Below, in pieces: positions 18,455 through 28,781 of a stretch of 32,000 bases of DNA. The DNA is taken from the NCBI GenBank assembly GCA_042852035.1, contig BAAFHK010000001.1:60001-92000 (forward strand), given 5' to 3'. The position numbers and the translations under genes were made by a program. The notes beneath the pieces are model-generated. The model saw only the letters and a program-made list of their open reading frames with translations, made no database searches and was not told the DNA's origin. Source of the stretch: Candidatus Saccharimonadota bacterium (GTDB taxonomy: Bacteria; Patescibacteriota; Gracilibacteria; BD1-5; UBA2023). Numbering within the stretch: position 1 is the stretch's first letter; every line of letters begins with the position of its first letter.

Positions 18455-18964
18455 ATGAACAAACCAGTAATAACATGATCTTCTGAAGGTCTTCAAATTC
18501 CTAAAGAGAATAAACTCTTACATAGGCTGCAAGAATTTGTAGGAAATCATGGATTATGGCAACAATGATTAGTAATCCTTTTGAGAGAAGGGATTTGAGA
18601 TTCTGTCTTTTTAGAGTATCCGGGAGTATTTAATCGTATTATTTGATTAAAAAATCGGGGTCTTTCTGGGAAGAATCCGAAATCATACTATGAAACATTT
18701 CTGTACGAGGTATATTCAATTATTGAATTTGATCATGGAAGGCAAGTTGCCTGAGATCTAAGACAAAGAAAAACTGATTCCCCTGAGGCTGCTACTCTCA
18801 GAAATATGATGCAGGAGATTATCTCTGAAATCCAAAGAGCGAGAAGAATTGCACAAGATCTCCGTACAAAAAAAATTCCTGTAATTACTTCAGGAAAATC
18901 TTTTTGATTTGCTCGCGAGGTTGCTCAAAAGGTGAATCGAGTTTCCAGAAGAGGTCAAAACTAA
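18455..18964 (+). CDS. Hypothetical protein (169 aa)
   Basis: MNKPVIT-G-SSEGLQIPKENKLLHRLQEFVGNHGLWQQ... 6 in-frame TGA, verified line by line. No family recognised. Confidence 0.6.
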
Positions 18965-19353
18965 CGTTTTTTTGTAGAGGTTGATTTTGTAGAGGCTGAT
19001 GATTCAGTAGGAGTTGTGGTTTCTCCAGTTGCAGACTGAACAGCTTTCTGCACATCTCGTAATGTATCTCCGAGTCATGGAGGAAGGAGTTGTTGTACGC
19101 CTCGTAAGATATCCGCCTTCTGTTTCTCAGAGACTTTTTTTATGCTTTCATTTATAGTCTCGGAGAGAAGCTTATATGAATTCTCCATTAACTGCGAGCG
19201 ATACATATAGGCAAGTGCCACGACTGAAATAATGAGAAGAAATTTCATCACTCACATAAAGACCTTTCGTTTTCTTCGATTTTCTTGAGCCTTTAGTACA
19301 TTATATATGTAGGTAAGTTTCTGCTCATTTGAAGGTTCTGGAAGAGTTCCCAT
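18961..19353 (-). CDS. Small single-TM membrane protein with Ser/Thr-rich tail (130 aa)
   Basis: ..MKFLLIISVVALAYMY.. TM segment, with C-terminus ..TGETTTPTESSASTKSTSTKKR. Verified line by line. Its stop overlaps the stop of the convergent gene. Confidence 0.55.
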
Positions 19354-19371
19354 AGAGAAATATTAGGAATA

Positions 19372-19518
19372 TTAAGAATTGCTAGTAGACTCGCCTGAGA
19401 TAGTTCAGTTATTCGAGGTATCGAGGGTATTTTTTGTTTCAAAGAATACTATTACTCCAGTTCCTACAACGGATATAATGAGGGCAATTACAGTGATAAT
19501 GGTAAGAATTTTTCGCAT
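19372..19518 (-). CDS. Very small TM protein (48 aa)
   Basis: MRKILTIITVIALIISVVGTGVIVFFE... Lies between the lipoprotein gene and the 130-aa gene on the same strand. Confidence 0.4.
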
Positions 19519-19536
19519 AAAATATGAAGAAGGGAA

Positions 19537-21183
19537 TTATGGATTTGTGTCTGAACCTGAAAATGGATATGAAGAAGATTCAGTTTCTCAAGTTATTTCA
19601 TCGTCGAGTGATATCTCATCTGACCAAGTTTCTGGGGGGGCAATCGCTTCAAGCGCATTCGAAAGTTCGCTAAACGGAGTACTTTCTTTTGGGACTTCTA
19701 TTGTGCCATCCCATTTTTCTTTCTTGCCTTCGATATGTATTTCACCGTGTGAGCTAATGCTCGGGTTTTCAGGGCTTACTACATCGAGAATAAGGTGGAT
19801 AAGTTCTTTATTTAGATTGAGTCAGACGGTAGCTTGTATAACTGTTTCATCTCCACTTTTCAGTAGGAAAGGTCATCGAAGCATTCATCCTGTTCCTGGT
19901 GTAAGATCAAGGGTGAGGCTTGTGCCAATCATAGCTCATTTTATGCTAAGTCACTTGAGAGAGGAATTTTCTCCTATGCTTCCATTCCAAGTAAGATTTC
20001 CCATTCATGCATCGAGTTTTCCGCTAAAGGTTCAATCTGTTGATACATTATGTTCCAAGGAAACGGAAAGTCCATCATCTTTAGAGCTAAGTTTTGCATC
20101 AAGGTGCGTAAATTTCTTCCCTTGAAAACCGAGATTTGCCTCTATGCGAGCAACCTCCTCATTATTTTCTGATATTGCAGCTAGGATATTATATCAATCT
20201 CATTTTTCTGTAAGAGAAATGCTTAATGATGAATCCGACGTTGTTGATACGAGCTTCCAACCATCAGATAACTCATCAAGTAGGAGAGTCATTACTGATC
20301 CATCCGTTGCTGTTATAGTGATGTTTGTCTTGGCAACTTTTGGATTTTTTGGATCGTATGCAATAGTTCACTGTACCTTCTTTTCATTTAGATTTGCCTC
20401 TAGGCTCTTTCTTGCCTCTTCGGAGAGTCATTTTCCAGTGGATTTTTCACTAAATTCGTTAACGAGCGCTATAATATTCTCATTTGAAAGCTCGACTTCA
20501 TATTTCATAAGTCCATTCTCATTTCAGAGTGATTGTACTTCTTTCCAGAGAGGATACTTTGTAAGGTACATTTCTATATCTTCAAGCTTAATTTTTCCTA
20601 ATGCTTGACTCATCTGGTAGGCAATCATGTCTTCTTCACTTGATCATGAAAGGGTATCAAGGAGATTTTTTTCAGTCAGCGCAAGCCAAATATTGTTATA
20701 CTTTGCAAGCACCTCTTTCATACTATCTTCCATAAGTGCAACTCCCTCTATTCCGTCGTACTTAAGGTACATATCTCCTCAGCGCGAGATGATAGTTGCT
20801 TCTTTTGCAAAAAGTCCTCCAGAAGCATTGAGGGTTTCATATGAGAATTTTGGATTTACGAACGTAACACGAGAATCTTGACTCAGTCCGTATCACTCAA
20901 TTACAGCGTTGTATTCAGTGCTTGCCGATCCACTCATTAAGAGGAGGGGAACATCCACCATCGCACTCAGTGATCATTTCGTTTCATATTTTCCTATATA
21001 GCCAAGCCTCTCAGCAATGGACTGAAATGATTGGACTTGAGATATGGTATGTTCCTTGTAGAGGCTCGCGAAGTCAACCTTTTTATTTAGACCAGAGAAT
21101 GTACAACCTGAAATAAAAGGAACGAGAATGATAAGAATGGCACTAATTTTTTTAGAATTCATGTATGAAAATATTAATGCCAT
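19537..21183 (-). CDS. Large lipoprotein, function unknown (541-548 aa)
   Basis: MNSKKISAILIILVPFISGC lipobox (the likely true start is the second ATG, at 21162). All 27 sixty-nt blocks translated: 17 TGA and no TAA/TAG, down to TAA 19537-19539. The long plus-strand track ORFs here are antisense artefacts. Confidence 0.8.
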
Positions 21184-21279
21184 TCAGTATATACGAGAAA
21201 AGAAAAACTCCAACTTTTGTTTTTGATTTTTTTATGATTTTCCCTATTCTTAACGTGTTTTTATTCTTAAATACATCCT

Positions 21280-21864
21280 ATGGCAAATATCGACCATGCA
21301 CCAAGTAAATATATGCTCAATCTTCTTCATGTTCTTCCAGCTTTTTCTGATGAAGGAGCCCTGAGGATTAACACGATTATTGAACTCAATTCAATGACGA
21401 TTAATAAATATGAAATAATTACTGAATCTGGACAACTTAAGCTTGATCGAGTAGGGTATTCATCACTTTCATACCCGTTTGCTTATGGGGCGATTCCATG
21501 CACTTGGGATGAAGATGGAGATCCTCTTGATGTTGAGATTGTTGGAGTGACTGAGCCACTTATTCCAGGTTCAGTTGCTGAGGTTCGTATTATAGGTATT
21601 ATGAAATTTAACGATGGAGGAGAAGTTGATGATAAAGTTATTGGAGTTCTTGCTGATGATAAGCGTATGGATCACATTACTTCATATGAGCAACTTGGAG
21701 CCCATTGGCTCAAGGAGACGACATATTACTGGGAACACTATAAAGATCTTAAGAAGCCAGGGACTTGTAAGGTGGATGGATTTTTTGATTCAAGTGAAGC
21801 TGTAAAAATTATCAAAGAATGTGAAGATCGATATAAAGCAGAATATCTTCCGAAGTTTCAATAA
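21280..21864 (+). CDS. ppa: Inorganic pyrophosphatase, family I (194 aa)
   Basis: YPFAYGAIPCTWDEDGDPLDVEIVG..KFNDGGEVDDKVIGV... No in-frame TGA. Confidence 0.93.
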   Translation: MANIDHAPSKYMLNLLHVLPAFSDEGALRINTIIELNSMTINKYEIITESGQLKLDRVGYSSLSYPFAYGAIPCTWDEDGDPLDVEIVGVTEPLIPGSVAEVRIIGIMKFNDGGEVDDKVIGVLADDKRMDHITSYEQLGAHWLKETTYYWEHYKDLKKPGTCKVDGFFDSSEAVKIIKECEDRYKAEYLPKFQ

Positions 21865-21865
21865 G

Positions 21866-21894
21866 AAAACTCTACCCAATGGGTAGAGTTTTTT
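21866..21894 (+). terminator. ppa terminator
   Basis: AAAACTCTACCC-AAT-GGGTAGAGTTTTTT. Confidence 0.8.
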
Positions 21895-22134
21895 GATAAA
21901 AGTACGAAATTCGTGTACACTTGTGTAAGTCTCTCGAATACAAGGATTTTTCAATGAAATTGCTCATAAAGCTCTTTTTGGTCTTGGTCTTTGTGCTCTG
22001 GGGACTACCAATACTGGTCCCTATAGCTCTTGTTACCATGAACAGCACTCCTGTTGTCTCATTGGTAATATTCGCTTTTCTGGGACTCCTTCTCTTGATC
22101 ATCTTCAAATGGTGATTTGAGGGTTGGAAAAGAA

Positions 22135-22154
22135 GGGGCAGTCTACTGCCCCTT
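22135..22154. terminator. Bidirectional hairpin downstream of ruvX
   Basis: AGGGGCAG-TCTA-CTGCCCCT. The minus-strand reading is followed by TCTTTTCC. Confidence 0.6.
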
Positions 22155-22168
22155 TATCTATATGAGAA

Positions 22169-22537
22169 TTATTTTAATGAGTCTTCGAGAATCAGTCTTG
22201 CACTTTCTGCATCGATATCATCAGCTCCTGACATCTTCGCTTCCGCCGTAGTAAGTCGTTCATCGTGAAGTACTATCTCTTTTGTTGGGAATGATAATGC
22301 TAGTTCTTTTGCAAAAGTTCGCACTTTCTTAGAGTGACTTGATTCAGTTCCATCGATATTGAGTGGAAGTCCGAGAACGATAGTATTGCATTTTTGGCAT
22401 TTTTCCCATTTTAAAAGATATTCAATGAGTTCCTTGGTTGGAATGGTTGTATGACTAAAGCAAAAAGATTCGACCGAAAAAGCGAGTCCGCATTTGCGAG
22501 TCCCGTAGTCGATGGAGATGCAATCTTTTTTTATCAT
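22169..22537 (-). CDS. ruvX: Holliday-junction resolvase-like YqgF/RuvX (122 aa)
   Basis: ISIDYGTRKCGLAF.., LGLPLNIDGTES.., LHDERLTTAEA. No in-frame TGA. Confidence 0.88.
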   Translation of the reverse strand: MIKKDCISIDYGTRKCGLAFSVESFCFSHTTIPTKELIEYLLKWEKCQKCNTIVLGLPLNIDGTESSHSKKVRTFAKELALSFPTKEIVLHDERLTTAEAKMSGADDIDAESARLILEDSLK

Positions 22538-22545
22538 TGAAGCGA

Positions 22546-23013
22546 TTACTTTTCCTCCACTTTGACATCTACAATAATTTTTGCCATTGTATCTCGAGTG
22601 ATGTGAAGGTAGACGAGATGAGTTCCAGTTTTTTTAATGTGAGTTTTGTTCGGGAGTTTGATATCATTTTTTTCGAAGTGGATACCGAACTTCTCATTGA
22701 CTTTCGTAGCAATCGCATGCTCATCGAGTCCACCAAAAACTTTAGTTCATACTCACTTGAGGGTAAATTCAAAAATTTGGCCGTCAATCATTTTTTGAAT
22801 ATCGAAAGCTTTCTCAAGTCTTTCTCGTGCTTGATCTTTGGATCGTTTTTCTTTTTCTGCAATTTGCTTCAGTCTTTCTGGTGTAACTTCACGGGCCATT
22901 TTTTTGGGGATGAGAAAGTTCCGGGCTTGAGCTGCAGTAACTTCAATAATATCTCACTTTCGGCCCATGTGAGCGATATCAAGGAGGAGTTCTACGGAAA
23001 TTTTTGATTGCAT
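22546..23013 (-). CDS. rplI: Ribosomal protein L9 (155 aa)
   Basis: MQSKISVELLLDIAHMGRK-G(TGA)-DIIEVTAAQARNFLIPKKMA... Absent from the standard-code track. Verified block by block. TAA at 22546-22548. Confidence 0.9.
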
Positions 23014-23051
23014 AAATCTACTATATCCAGAATCAAGATTCCTTCAAGTGT

Positions 23052-23573
23052 TTATCATTGATTCGAGTCATGCGGTACTGGGAGCGGATTTCAAGGAATG
23101 GGAGGAAGAATAAGCCTCCTTCCATTATTATCATGATATATTGGTTCTCAAAGTAGCGACATTCTTCAGGCAAAGCAATTTCCTGATTTTGAATCTATGA
23201 GTCAGTCAGCATTCAGGCGTAAATTCATACACGTATATGTTGCTTTATTGAGTCATTTTAGTTCATATGTCTTTGGTCAGAAATCTTTTTCGTTTCATAT
23301 TTTACAACTGATAAATCCTACTCGGAGTGGATTTTCTGTATAGGTGCATTCTCATGGTCCAGAGATTCCTTCTCAGCGAAGGATTCAATTAATATGTGTG
23401 ATAGTAAGTTCTTGGAATTTCCTACTTTTTATGTCATAGAATCATCGATATGAAACCATAATATTTCATACTCACAAAGCAACCGCTCATGAAACCAAGA
23501 GAGCAAAGGGATGTTTTTTTATCCATTTGGGAGCTTTTTCTCAGGCAAGTCCTCTAAGATTTAGTGCAGACAT
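23052..23573 (-). CDS. Hypothetical membrane-anchored Gly-rich protein (173 aa), completely hidden in standard code
   Basis: 174 codons with no TAA/TAG and 16 in-frame TGA, so 16 of 22 Gly codons are TGA. N-terminal TM FALLVSGAVALGVGNIMV. Promoter TTGACA(23607-23602)-N16-TATATT lies immediately upstream of the ATG. Confidence 0.6.
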
Positions 23574-23676
23574 TATTTCAATATATATAAAATATTTTTT
23601 TTGTCAAAAGTCATATTTTTTATACCAATCTTGTAAGATGCCTACTTCTTCCTGGAAAGAAAATCAAGCGAACTGA

Positions 23677-23923
<247 letters not shown>

Positions 23924-24065
23924 ACTCCGCGTTCGGTACTGGGAAATACGGTTTCTCACTATCGGATTCGAAGAATCCAAAATTCTATTTTCGCTTCGTT
24001 ACAAGGAAAAACAAAGCATTCTCTCTGAGTAGGAATCCCTTGTATGAGCATAACTTATTTTTTAT

Positions 24066-24377
24066 ATGATCGCAGTTGTAGAAATCGGTGGAAAACAATA
24101 TACCATTGAAAAATGACAGGTTATTGATGTAGATAATCAGAATCTTGAAGTAGGAAAGACTCTTGAGGTTACTCCACTTCTTGTTGCCTCAAAAGATGGA
24201 AAAGATGTAAAAGTTGGAGCTCCAAAAGTTGAATGAGCAACTGTAAAGCTCAAGGTAGTTGAGAATTTTAAAGATGAGAAGGTAAGTGTTTTTAAGATAA
24301 TTGCTAAGAAGCGTCATACAAGGAATTTTGGTTTCCGGGCAATGCGTACTCGTCTCGAGGTAACATCTATTGCCTAA
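24066..24377 (+). CDS. rplU: Ribosomal protein L21 (103 aa)
   Basis: MIAVVEIGGKQYTIEK-G(TGA)-QVIDVD...KIIAKKRHTRNFGFRAMRTRLEV. TAA at 24375-24377. Confidence 0.9.
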
Positions 24378-24379
24378 TC

Positions 24380-24406
24380 GGGTACTCGAAAGAGAACCCT
24401 TTTATT
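24380..24406 (+). terminator. rplU terminator
   Basis: GGGTACTC-GAAA-GAGAACCC followed by TTTTATT. Confidence 0.6.
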
Positions 24407-24420
24407 CCTAAAACTTCCGA

Positions 24421-25542
24421 ATGAATCGATACCTCAATACGCATGCTCGCATTAAACGAGCTTTGCGTAATAATCAAAAGGTGTATTCGGCGACTGAATC
24501 GTTTAAGAGATTTCGATGGTTTACTTTGGGGCTCATTGTATTGCTCCCAATTTATCCTTCTCTTGCGATTATTGGATCTGACTATGAGGTTCAGGCTGGC
24601 GATTATGATGAGACAACAATTATTACGGCGTATGAAGGGGATGAGGGAATGGAAGGGAGTTATATAAACAAGTCAGGTCTGATTAGTACCGATTTTGATG
24701 TTGTTACTTCGGTAAAAAAACAGCAACAGCAGGAGGAAAAAAATATGCCACTTAATGAAAATGAAAGGGCAAAAAGTTATAAAATTGTTTCTTGAGATAC
24801 GCTTGCTTCTATAGCAAAAAGAAATGGTATCACTCAAGAGGCGCTTGCTTGGGCTAATGATTTAGATCCAAGTGAATGACTTCAGGTTGGTGCAATTCTA
24901 AGAATTCCACCCGTTTCTTGAGTCGTTCATAAAATTGCAAAGGGGGATACTATTTCGGAAATCGCGAAGAAATATCACGTGGATCAAGATGAAATTTTCA
25001 GAATAAATCACATGACAGGTGATTCAACCCTGCGCATTGGTATGAAGCTCATGATACCTTGAGCTGCTCCAGTAAAATCAGTTACCGCATCAGATCCTGC
25101 TCCAGCGAAAAAAACAAATGATTTAAAGCCAATACCAACAGAAAGCCCAGGACTAAAACCAACAGTTGTTGATACAAAGACAGGACTGAAATCCCGTTAT
25201 GTCGTAAAATATACCTGACTTTCACGTGGTTTTGCATGGGGGAATTGTACTTGGTATGTTGCGCAAAATAAGACCGTAACATGGAGAGGGAATGCAAATG
25301 CTTGGATAAAGAATGCAAAAGCAAAGGGAGTTCCAACGGGTCAAAAGCCAATCCCGGGCGCTATCGTACAGTTCACCGGAAGATGATATAATCGCTATTA
25401 CGGACATGTTGGTATTGTTGCTGACGTAACGGATGATTACATTATTGTGAAGGATATGAACTATCGTAAAATCAATGAAGTTACTATCCGAAAGGTTCCA
25501 CGTGATGACTCAACAATAGATGGGTATATTTACGTTGATTAG
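24421..25542 (+). CDS. Secreted peptidoglycan hydrolase: N-terminal TM, 2 LysM repeats and a C-terminal CHAP domain (373 aa)
   Basis: LysM-like YKIVS-G-DTLASIAKRNGIT and HKIAKGDTISEIAKKYHV. CHAP-like AWGNCTWYVA....YGHVGIV. 6 in-frame TGA, verified. Confidence 0.85.
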
Positions 25543-25673
25543 AAATCGCTCAAACGAAAAAATTTGCATTCTTATAAAAGGAGATATAATAATAGAGTCG
25601 GATTGTATCCTTTTTGTGCTCAAAAAAGTCAAAGAGTGGTGTCACGGCATTTTATTTTCTACTCTTTTTTCTT

Positions 25674-25940
25674 ATGAGTACCGGTACAGTTAAGCGTTTA
25701 TTTGTTGGAAACGTTCCATTTCGTATTGAGGCTGAAGAGCTTCGTGCACTTTTTGAAGAAGTAGCTCCAGTAGCTGATTTCTTTTGGCCTATGGATCGTG
25801 AAACAGGTCGCAAAAAAGGATTCCTTTTCGTTGATGTTGATGAGGCTGATGTAGCTAAGGTAATCGAAGCTATGAATGGTAAGGAAGTTATGGGTCGTCC
25901 TCTCGCCGTGAACGAGGCTCGTCCACGTGAAGAACGTTAA
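25674..25940 (+). CDS. RRM-type RNA-binding protein (88 aa)
   Basis: RLFVGNVPF (RNP-2) and KGFLFVDV (RNP-1). No TGA. The first ATG is at 25674, and the track start at 25614 is a non-ATG codon. Confidence 0.85.
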   Translation: MSTGTVKRLFVGNVPFRIEAEELRALFEEVAPVADFFWPMDRETGRKKGFLFVDVDEADVAKVIEAMNGKEVMGRPLAVNEARPREER

Positions 25941-25950
25941 TTCGTAAATT

Positions 25951-25984
25951 AAAAAATCTCCCTGGTTTCAGGGGGATTTTTTTT
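25951..25984 (+). terminator. Terminator of the RRM gene
   Basis: AAAAAATCTCCCTG-GTTT-CAGGGGGATTTTTTTT. Confidence 0.8.
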
Positions 25985-26077
25985 GAGTCTCTATTATCAA
26001 AATGAAAATTATATCTCATGCAAGGTATAATTCTTGAGCGATATTGATTTTTCTGGATAAATAGAGAATGTATTGAT

Positions 26078-26770
26078 ATGAGCAATTTTTCTATAGAGCA
26101 TATCTCCTTTATTATGGATGGGAATAGAACTTGGGCAAAGGACCGACTTTTGCCGAGTCTTGAGTGACACAGAAGATGATATGAGAATGCAAAGAATATT
26201 ATCCGACTGGTAAAAAAAAGAAATATTCCATACGTGAGTCTTTGGGTTCTTTCAGATGATAATATAATCAATCGTTCAAAAGAAGAAGTATCATATCTTT
26301 TTGATCTTCTAGAAAGGGGAATGAGAGATATTGCTCGAGAAGCAAAACAGGAAGGTAATAAAATCGTCGTTATTGGTAATAGAGATCTTCTTCCAGCTGC
26401 TTGTCGGGAAAGTATCGATTATGCTGAAAATCTAACTCAACATGAGGTAGGTACTACGGCTATTATAGCTTTATGATACGGTGGGCAGGATGAAATTATT
26501 CGAGCAGTTCAGAAAATTTTAGAGAACTGAATCCGCCCCGAGACACTTACAAAAGAAGTTTTTCAATCATTTGTTGAAAGCGCACAATATCCAAATCCTG
26601 ACCTCATTGTCCGGACAGGATGACATCAAAGACATTCTGGATTTCTTTTGTTCCAAAGCCCATATGCAGAATATTATTTTTCTGAAAAAAACTGGCCAGA
26701 ATTTAGTGAAGATGACTTGGATGTTGTCTTGTTGAGTTTTCAAAATCGTGACAGAAAGTTCGGAAAATAG
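26078..26770 (+). CDS. uppS: Undecaprenyl diphosphate synthase (230 aa)
   Basis: HISFIMDGNRTWAK.., LE-G-HRR-G-YEN, VRTG-G(TGA)-HQRHSGFLLFQSPYAEYYFSEKNWPEF. Verified line by line. Confidence 0.92.
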
Positions 26771-26819
26771 ATTCTCTTTTCTTGTGTTAAGTTTTAATGT
26801 ATAAAAAATTCACCTATCT

Positions 26820-27695
26820 ATGCTTCAGGAATGGTATGCTGCATATAAATCAAATGTTGATGAGGCTATAGAAGAGTATTTTATAAAACGTTATGCAGTA
26901 GTATCACGCTCGCCAGAAGAAAAACGTTTTGAGGAAGCTCTTCGATACGCGGTAATGACTCCAGGAAAACGCCTTCGTCCAATTCTCGCGATGATTGCCT
27001 ATGAAGAGTTTGCTGAAATTTCAGGGGATAGGGTTCTTCCATACTTTATAGGACTTGAAATGATACATGCATATTCGCTTGTACATGATGATCTTCCGGT
27101 AATAGATAATGATGAACTTCGCCGTGGTCAGCCGACAGTGTGGAAGAGGTATGATGAGGCAACTGCTATACTTGTTGGTGATGCTCTTCAGATAATGGGT
27201 ATCGAATGTCTTGCACAATCGGATAACATAAAAGTTATTGTTGAAATCTCATGGGCCATCGGAGATATGGGTATGGTTCGAGGACAGATTCGTGATGTTA
27301 TGATTGATGCCACATCTCTCAATCAAGATGAAATGTTACGACTTCACGATGAAAAAACAGGTCGCCTCATCTCTTCTTCTTTGATTATTTGAGCTTTAAC
27401 TGCTTGAGTTTATGAAGGTCAAATGTTTGATCGATTAAGGTTATTTTGAATTTTGCTTGGTCGCGCCTTTCAGATTCGAGATGATATTCTCGATTATGAA
27501 GGTCAAATAGAAAGTCTAGGGAAAGCGGTAGGAAAAGATATTGCTAATAAGAAGGGGGTTGTATCGTATATGGGAATAGATAGAACAAAAAAATTGCTTC
27601 AAGATCTTGAACATGAACTTATTGATATCGCAAAATCCTTTCATACCTCAAAATTTATAGATATCGTCGAATATGTTCTTAGAAGAGAAAAATAG
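26820..27695 (+). CDS. Polyprenyl (farnesyl/geranylgeranyl) diphosphate synthase (291 aa)
   Basis: HAYSLVHDDLPVIDNDELRRG (first DDxxD region) and GRAFQIRDDILD (second). 3 in-frame TGA codons join track ORFs 26820-27392 and 27453-27695. Confidence 0.9.
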
Positions 27696-27831
27696 ATACC
27701 AATCTTTGATGAGGCGGGTTTAGCTTGGGTAAAAAAAGTTCTCTTCAAGTGAAGTGTAGGTATATGTCTCCTACTTTTTTCGGGTCCATATTACTTTGGA
27801 GTCTTATCACGATCCGGATATTACAAGCAGT

Positions 27832-28677
27832 TTAGAAATATTTTTTCTGAGATTGGTACGCTTTCCATGTATTCTCAATAAGTGTTGCAACAGTCATAGG
27901 GCCAACTCCACCAGGTGTTGGGGTAATCGCCATAATCGTATCTTTTAGATCCTCAAAGTCAGTATCGCCTCGAGCTACGCCATCTATAAATGTGCTTCAT
28001 ACATCAATAACAATCGATTTTTCATGTACCATATCTTTCGTTAGGAGTCCAGGATGACCAGCAGCTACGATAACAATATCAGCTGATTTTGTCTTCTCTA
28101 TAAGGTTTTCGGTGGAGCTATTGCAACTTATTACGGTGGCTCAAGCATTAATAAGCATAAGTGCCATGGGCTTCCCAACAATGTTTGATCTCCCAATTAC
28201 GACCACATTTTTTCCGGCAACATCAATTTTATAGTGTTTAAGAAGTGTCATAATTCATTTTGGCGTGCAACTCCAAAGACCATCATGACCGAGGTACATA
28301 TTTCCGATTTGAGTTTTTGTAAATCCATCAACATCTTTTCGAGAATCAATACATTCTGTAACAGAATATCGATCGATATGATTCGGAAGAGGAGCTTGTA
28401 TGATAAGCCCGTGGATACGGTCGTCGCTTGAGAGTTTTTTTACTTCAGTTTCAAGCTCTTCTTGAGATATTGTTGCCTCATATTTATAAAGTCCAAATCC
28501 CATTCCAACTTCTCGTGCGCGTTTCTCCTTCATTCGAATATAGGCGAGGCTTGCTTCATTATTCCCCACTAAGACCACCGCAAGCATTGGCTTATCGGTT
28601 CAGGTAGGAGAGTATGTAATCTGATTTTTTATACTTTCGAGAATTTGGGATGCGACGATGCGTCAATCGAGAATCAT
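27832..28677 (-). CDS. folD: Bifunctional methylene-THF dehydrogenase/cyclohydrolase (281 aa)
   Basis: MILD-G(TGA)-RIVAS.., [48 protein letters not shown](TGA)-, [11 protein letters not shown]. Verified block by block. Confidence 0.93.
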
Positions 28678-28781
28678 ATTGATAGTATAAAAAGAGAGGA
28701 TTTTTTTGCAATTCTTTATGTCTTCGGATTTTTGAAAAAAATTTAAATATAGGATATCATAGATTTGTTACTCTAAAAAAT

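Noticed and set aside
19379-20881. Three long plus-strand ORFs (248, 154 and 84 aa)
   Set aside because: They are low-complexity Ser/Phe-rich translations lying antisense to a continuous table-25 lipoprotein gene (21183-19537) that has a proper lipobox.
22537-23007. 156-aa plus-strand ORF
   Set aside because: It is antisense to rplI, whose L9 identity is unambiguous once TGA is read as Gly.
23073-23083. 11-mer CGGTACTGGGA repeated at 23934-23944, near rplI and rplU
   Set aside because: One copy lies inside a CDS on the strand opposite to rplI, and the other lies in the rplU leader. The orientation is inconsistent with a shared leader motif, so this is probably chance.
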